From a bacterium UBP13_UBA5359 (GTDB taxonomy: Bacteria > UBP13 > UBA5359): a DNA stretch of 20,642 bases. Under the pieces are notes generated by a model. It was not told the DNA's origin. It searched no databases and was given only the letters and a program-made list of their open reading frames with translations. Positions 10,721-17,888 of this stretch are shown here, piece after piece. Positions within the stretch are counted from its first letter, which is position 1. Each line of letters starts with the position of its first letter. The stretch is taken from NCBI GenBank assembly GCA_002410925.1, contig DHPR01000012.1, forward strand, positions 1 to 20,642, written 5' to 3'. A program made the translations under genes and the position numbers.

Positions 10721-10752
10721 ATAATATCACCCTATAGCGACATGCGGTGTCA
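10721..10752 (-). promoter_or_regulatory. Putative cas operon promoter: extended -10 (TGnTATTAT) plus a GACA-N5-TGTC palindrome (candidate WYL operator)
   Basis: Minus strand reads TGACA-CCGCA-TGTCGC-TATAGGGTGA-TATTAT; no recognisable -35 at 17-nt spacing. Confidence 0.65.
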
Positions 10753-10774
10753 TCCTGAAGCAACAAACCCAAAA

Positions 10775-11767
10775 TTATTCATTATTTTTCTTCTCGTAAA
10801 TCTCTCCCATGTCTTGCACTTCTGCTCGCACCATCTCCCTCAGCTTTGCGGGGGCCAACACTTCGGCATGGCAGCCGTAAGAAAGAACCCAACGTTTGAT
10901 GCCCTCAAGGCCGCAAGCGGTCATGTGCAGGATAAGAGAACCATCAGGATGTTCTTCTATGCTCTGAGTATGGTGCCAGCGGCGCTCGCGTATCCACCTG
11001 GCTTGGAAGGAATCGAAATGGATGACCGCATCATGCACGGTATTGTCCCGAAAAAGCCCGAAGCTCTGGGATACCCAGGCGTTTATGTCCAGGTCATCCG
11101 GTATGGGAAAAGGCCGACCGGTAATCTGTAATTCGATAATGCGGTCCAGGGCAAAATAGCGCATATCGGAGCGTATATGGCACCAGGCTACCAGATACCA
11201 TGCACCATTGCGGTAATAAAGACGGTACGGATCCGCGGTACGCCGTGTCTGCGCATTCGTGCTGGCCGCGCGGTAGATTATGTCCACACTTTGCCGCTTC
11301 TCTATTGCATGCGTTAGCTGATTGAAGAAACGGGCTGTCCTGACGCCGTCACCGCGTAGGGGAGGCAATTCAAGAAAAATATTATCCAGCAGGGAAGCGC
11401 TATCGAAGGAAACCTCCTCAGGTAGCAGAGAGGATATACGATCAAAGGCATGCCGAACGGTATCTTCCAACACCGTGCCAGTGCATTGGCTGAGAATATT
11501 TCTGCCTAGATAGAGGGCCAAAAGCTCTCCCTCGGTAAAACGCAATGGCTGATGTAGACGAAAGTTCCGGTCAGGACAGTAATAGGAGCGATGACGGTGG
11601 CTGTATTCCAATGGCATGCAGTAAAATGTGCGCAGATCGTCAATATCCCGCTGCACGGTTCTGCGGCTGCATCCATACTCTTCGGCCAAGCTGTCGATCC
11701 TGATATACTCTCCCTGCTGGAGCCTGTGAGCAATCTTGAAAAGGCGAAGCTGTGCAGCACGCCGCAT
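10775..11767 (-). CDS. HTH-WYL-WCX transcriptional regulator (PafC/YafY/DriD-like)
   Basis: N-terminal wHTH (LAEEYGCSRRTVQRDIDDLR), WYL domain (RRTADPYRLYYRNGAWYLVAWCHIRSDMRYFALDRI), WCX tail (WVLSYGCHAEVLAPAKLRE). ATG 11767 follows AGGTGG. Confidence 0.93.
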   Translation of the reverse strand: MRRAAQLRLFKIAHRLQQGEYIRIDSLAEEYGCSRRTVQRDIDDLRTFYCMPLEYSHRHRSYYCPDRNFRLHQPLRFTEGELLALYLGRNILSQCTGTVLEDTVRHAFDRISSLLPEEVSFDSASLLDNIFLELPPLRGDGVRTARFFNQLTHAIEKRQSVDIIYRAASTNAQTRRTADPYRLYYRNGAWYLVAWCHIRSDMRYFALDRIIELQITGRPFPIPDDLDINAWVSQSFGLFRDNTVHDAVIHFDSFQARWIRERRWHHTQSIEEHPDGSLILHMTACGLEGIKRWVLSYGCHAEVLAPAKLREMVRAEVQDMGEIYEKKNNE

Positions 11768-11854
11768 AAACACCACCTACCTATATCGATGATTGTGCCG
11801 AAAATAGGCATGCCCCGTATCAGCAAGCATGCGCATGCCTGCAGGTATAATAAC

Positions 11855-11883
11855 ATTATAAGCCATCGTACAGGCTGGAGCAA
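11855..11883 (-). promoter_or_regulatory. Putative sigma70/SigA promoter of the WYL gene
   Basis: TTGCTC (11878-11883), 17 nt, TATAAT (11855-11860) on the minus strand. Confidence 0.6.
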
Positions 11884-11940
11884 ATCGTTCGATTAGTCCC
11901 CTAGTCTCAAAACCTCCCTCATGCCTCGGGCCGGTATACT

Positions 11941-11991
11941 TTACATATATTCACCCAATACTTCTTCACCGACCAGTATCTTCTCGATCAT
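11941..11991 (-). other. Possible small ORF or gene remnant, MIEKILVGEEVLGEYM (16 aa)
   Basis: Strong RBS GAAAGGAGA 6 nt before ATG 11991; TAA at 11941-11943. No homology evidence. Confidence 0.3.
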
Positions 11992-12036
11992 GGATAATCT
12001 CCTTTCCCGAACGCCGATCGATGCACGCTTGACGAG

Positions 12037-13905
12037 CTATGAGAGGAGCAGATGCCCATTCTCTAATCTCAAATGATAATCGAAGGAAGCTGTCGGTGAG
12101 GAAAAATTATGACTGATAATGAATATTTGCTCGAAGGTATCAGCTACTTCGCCTACGGTAATAAGGCGAATCAGCGCCTCTGTACGTTCTCTGTCAAAGG
12201 AACCAAGCGGTTCGTCCAGGAAGATAAAGGAGGGGGCGCTGCCTCGTTCCTGAGGTAGCGTAGCCATAGCAAAGGCCAGCCGTAATGCCAGTGAGAACTG
12301 ATCCCTGGTGCCGCCGCTGAAGATGTTCTTGGAACGCCAGCCGCCTGCCCGCTGATCCCAGACCCGTATACGATAATCTTCGCCTATCTCCACATCATGA
12401 TAGCGGTCTGCAGTTAACAGCGGGAGCATGCGCCGCATATAGGCGGTGGTGGCCGGTAGAATACGCCTTACCAGTCGTTCCCTGGCCCGGGAAGCTAACT
12501 CGGCTACGCATTCTCGTAGCGCCAGATCATGCTTCAACGCGGTAAGCTCGGCTTCTGCAGCGGCACGATCCCCGCCAGTAAAGCTCTCCGTTCCAGCGTA
12601 TTCCGGCATTAGCGCAAAGACGGCCCCTCTCTTCTGCTCCATCAGGCGCAGATGCTCCTGATGAAGTCTGGACAGCTCCAGATACCTGCGCCCCTCCTCT
12701 GAGAACATAAGACCTGCTCCAATCTGGTCTGCAGAGAATGCCGTTTCGGATGAGAGAAGCCTTTCCAGATGCTCTCGATGATAGCACTGGCGGGCTTTGA
12801 CATCCACCAGGCGCTGCTCCAGAGCATCCAGCTCACCGACAGCCGCCTTTAATTCTTCATGCTGTGCCTTCCGGCTTGCAGACAGACTCGAACTCTCTGT
12901 ATCTTTATCTCTCTGCGCCTCTGCGCCTCCATGCTTTTTATAAAGCATAAAGAGAGTTATCAGAGTGGATAAAACAAAGATACTTCCGGCAGCAACCATT
13001 CCAAACTTCAGTCCGGCAATATATGCGGCCAGGATTCCGGCCAGCAGCGGCCAGATATATTCGGTGGCCTGCGGTCTTATCATGGATGCCGTCTCATGCA
13101 GTTTGGCTTTCAGAGTTTCTAATTGCTCTTGCGCAGCCATAGCCTCTTCACGGGCAGATAAAAGGCTCTTTATCTCCATTTCCAGCCTGGAAAGCTCTGC
13201 CTCTGCAGCGCTGATCGCCGCAATGGATAGCCTCTTTCCAGCCTGCTGCAATTCATCCGCCAACAGAGCCGTCTCTCTTTTTAGGTCATTTATCTCCTCA
13301 TGCAATCCTGCCAGCTTTACCCGAGCTTTTAAACTCTCCAGTTGCTCCAGTTCATGCCGTTTGAAACGGCCTCCCTCTTCAAGCTCGTTAAGTGCCTCCA
13401 GGTTCAACAGGCTGAGAATGGCTTTGCGCCTTTCTGATGCGCTCAATCCCTCCAGCCGCTCCAATTTCTTCTGTTCAACAAAGACACTGTTAAGAAAGGT
13501 CTGCCCATCAAAGCCCAGTTCGGCCGTAATTCTGGAGCGAACGGCACCGACGGAGGATACTTCCTCCGTTATATCTCCACTGTCGGAGAAGAGGGTCATG
13601 CGTGCGCGCGAGGGTTTGCCGCGGCTCAGCCTGCGTTCCACCTGCAGCCCTTTACGCCCTATGGCCAATGTCACGGAAACCGACATCCGCTCGCTATCAT
13701 AGGTGATAAGATCCTCGAGGGATCCTCTGTTCTCCTCTGTAACCAAAGGCTCTCCAAAAATGCCGAAATAAATAGCCTCAAAGAGGCTGCTCTTTCCGGC
13801 CTCATTGCTGCCTTCTATTAAAAAAGTGCCCTGTTCGGGCAGCTTGAGATCGATATCTTTCAGTCTTTTGAAACCGGATACGGCTATATGCCGCAGTTTA
13901 ATCAT
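12037..13905 (-). CDS. Rad50/SbcC-like SMC-family ATPase, short (622 aa), with a central hydrophobic hairpin
   Basis: Walker A GSNEAGKSS, Q-loop SVFVEQ, signature FSGGTRDQ, Walker B/D-loop FIFLDEPLGSFD, H-loop IISH; coiled-coil arms; start overlaps the Mre11-like gene stop. Confidence 0.9.
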   Translation of the reverse strand: MIKLRHIAVSGFKRLKDIDLKLPEQGTFLIEGSNEAGKSSLFEAIYFGIFGEPLVTEENRGSLEDLITYDSERMSVSVTLAIGRKGLQVERRLSRGKPSRARMTLFSDSGDITEEVSSVGAVRSRITAELGFDGQTFLNSVFVEQKKLERLEGLSASERRKAILSLLNLEALNELEEGGRFKRHELEQLESLKARVKLAGLHEEINDLKRETALLADELQQAGKRLSIAAISAAEAELSRLEMEIKSLLSAREEAMAAQEQLETLKAKLHETASMIRPQATEYIWPLLAGILAAYIAGLKFGMVAAGSIFVLSTLITLFMLYKKHGGAEAQRDKDTESSSLSASRKAQHEELKAAVGELDALEQRLVDVKARQCYHREHLERLLSSETAFSADQIGAGLMFSEEGRRYLELSRLHQEHLRLMEQKRGAVFALMPEYAGTESFTGGDRAAAEAELTALKHDLALRECVAELASRARERLVRRILPATTAYMRRMLPLLTADRYHDVEIGEDYRIRVWDQRAGGWRSKNIFSGGTRDQFSLALRLAFAMATLPQERGSAPSFIFLDEPLGSFDRERTEALIRLITVGEVADTFEQIFIISHNFSSPTASFDYHLRLENGHLLLS

Positions 13906-15070
13906 TTGACCGGACTCTCCCTTCTCCGCGCAACCTGGTCAGAGACGCCGCCAGTGCTTCTTCCACCAGCAGGCGTTCATTATCCTCACAGCGTGAGGAT
14001 ATCATCTCGGCGGCGGCCCGGCGTAGCTCCTCCTCAGGATCTACAGATATCCCTTTTGTCGGAAATTCCTCTTCGGCCAATGTCATACCATTCAGGCCTA
14101 AATCAAAATAGAATGACCGCTCCGTACCAAACCGCCAGATATCGGTCAACCGTAAGCGATGATAAGCAACGCGATCCAGCATGCCCTCAATATCCAAGCG
14201 CAATAAAGATCGTTCATCGACAACCTTTGATAGTCGTTTCAGAACAAAAGAGGTTGGATCATCAAGAGCAAGCTCTTCGGCCGCTATTCTCAACCGGTGC
14301 ATCGGCTGTGGTGTAAGCGGTATGAAATCAGCCCGCACCTCTCCTCTTTCAAGCTCCAACGCCCAGAAGCCCGGATTATTATCGATTTCACCGAAATCCA
14401 GCCTTTCCGTAGCCCCGGCTGAGAGAATCACGGCGCTTCCTGCCCTCTCACGAAAAGCACGATGGTTATGACCAAGAAGCACTGCATCGGCTCCGCAAGC
14501 CGACAGGCTTTCCCGGCTTGCCACCGGCTCGCCGGCCATCCAGCCGTGACCGGATAGGCTGCAGTGCATAAGCAATACAGATGGAAGATTGCCGGGGAAA
14601 GAGCATCCTTGCAACGGATCATCGCCGGGCTGTAATCCGGAATCCGACGATACGCCGCCTACAATCAATTCTCCACGGCAAGTGGATAGACGGACAGCTT
14701 CCGGGCCGCCGATGCCGGCAAGATAGAGGACAGCGCTGCTATGGCTTAGTATCCGATGAGGAGCCGTGCTGCCGGGCGCATTTGAAGATTTGGGCGTATC
14801 GTGGTTGCCGCCGATCAACACTGTCCGTATGCCGCCTGCCTCCAGACGCTTTATCTCGCCCATCGCAAAGGCAATCTCTACATTACGCGGATCGGGCTGG
14901 TCAAAAAGATCTCCCCCCTGTAAAAAGAGATCGACCTCATTATCAAGCGCATAATCTACAACCTGCGACAGGGCTTGGCGCAGAAGCAGCCGCCTTCTTT
15001 CCAGTTGCGCCGGAGTCATACGCGCATAATAGCAACCCAGATGGTTGTCAGCAGTAAAAACGATTTTCAT
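13898..15070 (-). CDS. Mre11/SbcD-family metallophosphoesterase DNA nuclease
   Basis: 390 aa; motifs TADNHLG, GGDLFD, GGNHD, LLMH, LGHNH, followed by GATERLDFGE; translationally coupled to the Rad50-like ATPase. Confidence 0.93.
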   Translation of the reverse strand: MKIVFTADNHLGCYYARMTPAQLERRRLLLRQALSQVVDYALDNEVDLFLQGGDLFDQPDPRNVEIAFAMGEIKRLEAGGIRTVLIGGNHDTPKSSNAPGSTAPHRILSHSSAVLYLAGIGGPEAVRLSTCRGELIVGGVSSDSGLQPGDDPLQGCSFPGNLPSVLLMHCSLSGHGWMAGEPVASRESLSACGADAVLLGHNHRAFRERAGSAVILSAGATERLDFGEIDNNPGFWALELERGEVRADFIPLTPQPMHRLRIAAEELALDDPTSFVLKRLSKVVDERSLLRLDIEGMLDRVAYHRLRLTDIWRFGTERSFYFDLGLNGMTLAEEEFPTKGISVDPEEELRRAAAEMISSRCEDNERLLVEEALAASLTRLRGEGRVRSND

Positions 15071-15076
15071 ACAGTG

Positions 15077-15105
15077 ATTTTAACTGAATTGATGCATCTT
15101 GTCCA
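15077..15105 (-). promoter_or_regulatory. Putative promoter giving a leaderless transcript of the Mre11-like gene
   Basis: TGGACA (15100-15105), 17 nt, TAAAAT (15077-15082), 6 nt, ATG 15070; no Shine-Dalgarno sequence. Confidence 0.6.
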
Positions 15106-15125
15106 AAGCCAGGACATGCTTGCTG

Positions 15126-16931
15126 CTACTCTATCTCACCCATATCCAGCAGGTGAGGAGTAATAAAGATCACCAGCTCGGAATCACGAGTGGTCTTTGT
15201 CTTATTGCTGAAGAGGCTGCCGACCAACGGCAGGTCGCCCAGCAGAGGGATTTTAGTCTGGTTATGAAGTTCTTCGGATGATATCAGACCGCCGATGCTG
15301 ATACTCTGGCCGTCCTTAACCCGAATGCTGGTATCCACCCGGCGCTGAGATACTTCCGGCAGCCCGTCGGCGGTGATTCCGGAGACGTTGCTGACTTCGG
15401 GATGTATATCTACGGTTATGTCGCCGGAAGCACCCACCCAGGGCACTATTTTGAGAGTGGTGCCGGCGTGGATGGTCTGAATACGGGTGGTAATATAAGT
15501 GCTGCCGGCTGAACCCTGTTCGGTAGTTATCTTGTAGTTTAATTGCTTGCCTACATTTATCAGCGCTTCATAGCCATTCAACACGGTAAGCCTGGGATTA
15601 GCCTTGACTTCGGCTTTGCCTTCTTCAATAAGGGCAACGACCTTGGCCAGAAGCCTCTTGCTCAGGCTACCGGTGGAGTCGTAATTCACGATGCCGTCCT
15701 TGCCGTCAACAGCAAGCTGACCGTTCTCAAAGTTAAGATCCACACCCAGGTCCCTGACCAGATTGCGATTGACTTCCACTATAAGCACATCTATAGATAT
15801 CTGAGGTACGGGCGTATCCACCTTGGAGATAAATTGCCTCAAATCCTCTATCTGGTCATCGGTACCGGTGAATATGATGGAGTTCTGATCCTTGTTTATA
15901 TCTATATTGGCGACCATCAAGCTTTTAGGAAGTATCTTCCTGATATCCTCCGCCTTATAGTAAGATATGCGGAATATCTCCGTTCGAACGAACATGGCGG
16001 CTGAGGGGCTGTTGGGAGAGGGATCCCCCACGAGATAAACATCGCCGTCTCTCTTATAGACAAATCTCGATCCTGACAGGATCTTCTTCAGAGCTTCATC
16101 AATCGTAACTCCGGTCAACTTGATATTTGCCAATCTGTCCTGGACATTGCCGAAAACGACTATATCTTTGCCGCTCTGTTCGCTGACTATCTGCAGAAGG
16201 TCTGTAAGATTTATATTGGTCTCTTCTATCGTTAGCTTCTCCTTGGGCGGGCCACTGCGGCGATAATTTCTTTGCTGCGCTCTGCCGGGATTAGGTATCT
16301 CCTTATCCACGATGATGAGCCCGTTATCCTGTCTGTAGAAGAGTCCATGCGCAGAAGAGATGGCTGTAAGGGCTTCTTCCAGGGATACGTCTTTAATCTT
16401 GAAGCATGTTTTGCCGGTTATTTGAGCGGTAGGCACCACGTTAATACCCGCTGCCGATCCAATACGGCGAAGAACATCAGGCAGTTCGGAATCTTCGGCA
16501 TGACAGAATATTCTGCCGTTTATTAATTCCACTTCAGCGGGACCGGAAATAGGATTGCGGCTGACCAGATAGATATTATCCATCTTTTTATAGTTGAAAC
16601 CATTGAGAAAAAGAACGCTCCTCAGGCCATCCTCAAGAGTCACTTCATGTAAATCAACGGATATTTTGCCCTGAACGGTAGCATCGGCTACAATGTTGAC
16701 TCCGGTCTGGGTACTGATTAATGTCAGAATATTCCTGATATCTCCATCCTTGACGGAGAGAGCCTTTATCATATTGCCGTCAGCATATATAATGGAGCAA
16801 AGCAGGAGTATAAAACCGGCAAATAAGAGGCTGGAACACCGGTAAAAAACCTTTTTGGGCACCCTGACAACCGGAGCTTGGCCATCTGCATCCTGTTTTA
16901 AAAGGCTTTCCCTATTCTCCCTGCCTTTCAA
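15126..16931 (-). CDS. Outer-membrane secretin (PilQ/GspD family) with three N-terminal STN/N0-like domains
   Basis: Signal-peptide-like KKVFYR...LLLCSIIYA; DTPVPQISIDVLIVEV; ANPRLTVLNGYEALINVG; GTTLKIVP; VKDGQSISIGGL; KIPLLGDLPLVGSLF; ELVIFITP. True start uncertain. Confidence 0.93.
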   Translation of the reverse strand: MKGRENRESLLKQDADGQAPVVRVPKKVFYRCSSLLFAGFILLLCSIIYADGNMIKALSVKDGDIRNILTLISTQTGVNIVADATVQGKISVDLHEVTLEDGLRSVLFLNGFNYKKMDNIYLVSRNPISGPAEVELINGRIFCHAEDSELPDVLRRIGSAAGINVVPTAQITGKTCFKIKDVSLEEALTAISSAHGLFYRQDNGLIIVDKEIPNPGRAQQRNYRRSGPPKEKLTIEETNINLTDLLQIVSEQSGKDIVVFGNVQDRLANIKLTGVTIDEALKKILSGSRFVYKRDGDVYLVGDPSPNSPSAAMFVRTEIFRISYYKAEDIRKILPKSLMVANIDINKDQNSIIFTGTDDQIEDLRQFISKVDTPVPQISIDVLIVEVNRNLVRDLGVDLNFENGQLAVDGKDGIVNYDSTGSLSKRLLAKVVALIEEGKAEVKANPRLTVLNGYEALINVGKQLNYKITTEQGSAGSTYITTRIQTIHAGTTLKIVPWVGASGDITVDIHPEVSNVSGITADGLPEVSQRRVDTSIRVKDGQSISIGGLISSEELHNQTKIPLLGDLPLVGSLFSNKTKTTRDSELVIFITPHLLDMGEIE

Positions 16932-17797
16932 AGCTTCAACTCCATTCTCTTACCATCTTTATCCAGAATAACGCTTTTGAATAAGATAGCGGCAACAATA
17001 TATCCTTCTGAAAGAGAAGCGCCGGCATTGACTACGTAAGCCTTTTCACCCTCGCTGATCAATGCTGTTTCTTTGTCCTGGAGGCGCATCACGGCTTCCA
17101 GACGATAAGGAGGCACTTTCTCCTGTGCCGGTATCGATATTTCAGCAGATTTATCGATAGCTTTATCGGTGTTGGTGAATTTACCCTCTGCTTTCGGCGA
17201 AGCAGGGGTAATGGAAACGGCATGAGAAGCAATCGGAGTTTTTTTCTGAAGGGATAACCCTTTCTGTCTACCGGCTGATAAGAGAGGGTTGAGCGGCTTG
17301 AAAGGATCAGAGCGGCCTGTAGACGGCATATCGATTATCTTTATCGTATTGCCGTACAATGGAACGGCCACGCTGTTTTCGATAACAACCGGCTGATAAT
17401 CCTCGGCCGGGGCGACAATCCGCACGGCGTCTATAGCAGAAGAAGAATGGGGCGCAGCCTTAGCAAGCATATCCTTTTGCCGTAATATGCTTGCCTGTTT
17501 GTTTATAACTGCTCTGTGTGCTACCATGCCCTGAATGTGCCGGGCAAATAAGAGTATCAATAGAGCTGCACACACCAGCGCAGGCAGCTTCCAACGTATC
17601 GGCAGCATCTCCTCAACCGACGCGGACACAGCATAAAACGGCTGTGCATTCGACTCCGGCAACAGCTCTCTCTCGATATTTCCGGTTTCCGACCCGCTTA
17701 AAAAATAGGTATTGCTCTCGTCATCTTCAACCGGGTCGGGACCGGAAGCAAGGCCGGTATCGATACCGGTATCGATATTGGAATCGTCAGACCTCAT
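16928..17797 (-). CDS. Single-pass membrane protein, PilP/GspC-like secretin partner
   Basis: AGGAGG RBS; one hydrophobic helix (LPALVCAALLILLFA); RSDPFKP resembling the PilP RDPF motif; C-terminal beta domain (YRLEAVM...ALISEGEKAYVVNAG...GYIVAAI...VILDKDG); stop overlaps the secretin ORF. Confidence 0.6.
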   Translation of the reverse strand: MRSDDSNIDTGIDTGLASGPDPVEDDESNTYFLSGSETGNIERELLPESNAQPFYAVSASVEEMLPIRWKLPALVCAALLILLFARHIQGMVAHRAVINKQASILRQKDMLAKAAPHSSSAIDAVRIVAPAEDYQPVVIENSVAVPLYGNTIKIIDMPSTGRSDPFKPLNPLLSAGRQKGLSLQKKTPIASHAVSITPASPKAEGKFTNTDKAIDKSAEISIPAQEKVPPYRLEAVMRLQDKETALISEGEKAYVVNAGASLSEGYIVAAILFKSVILDKDGKRMELKL

Positions 17798-17829
17798 TGC
17801 CGATCCTCCTGCTTAACCTCTTGCAAGTA

Positions 17830-17857
17830 ATTCGACAAATATTCTGCCAATTCCTTT
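17830..17857 (-). promoter_or_regulatory. Putative SigH-type promoter for the PilP-like/secretin pair
   Basis: AAAGGAATT, 12 nt, GTCGAAT on the minus strand, matching the Firmicute SigH consensus RNAGGAWWW-N11/12-RNNGAAT. Confidence 0.6.
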
Positions 17858-17888
17858 AGTCGCCGTCCAAACGTGTCTCAAAGGCCTA

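Noticed and set aside
10713-10741. GTCGCTATAGGGTGATATTATGAAGAAAT (minus strand) as a degenerate repeat of a CreTA/CreR-like mini-array
   Set aside because: Shares only GTCGC and a loose 3' end, lacks the C/G stem, has no second copy one spacer away, and is better explained as operator plus -10.
12037-15070. Calling the pair a Lamassu or Wadjet defence system
   Set aside because: No LmuA/LmuC or JetABD partners are visible; the partner is a classical Mre11/SbcD phosphoesterase.
17754-17777. Interlocked 16- and 20-bp palindromes (CCGGTATCGATACCGGTATCGATA)
   Set aside because: Explained by a 12-bp in-frame tandem duplication (IDTG-IDTG) in a low-complexity N-terminus; no evidence of function.
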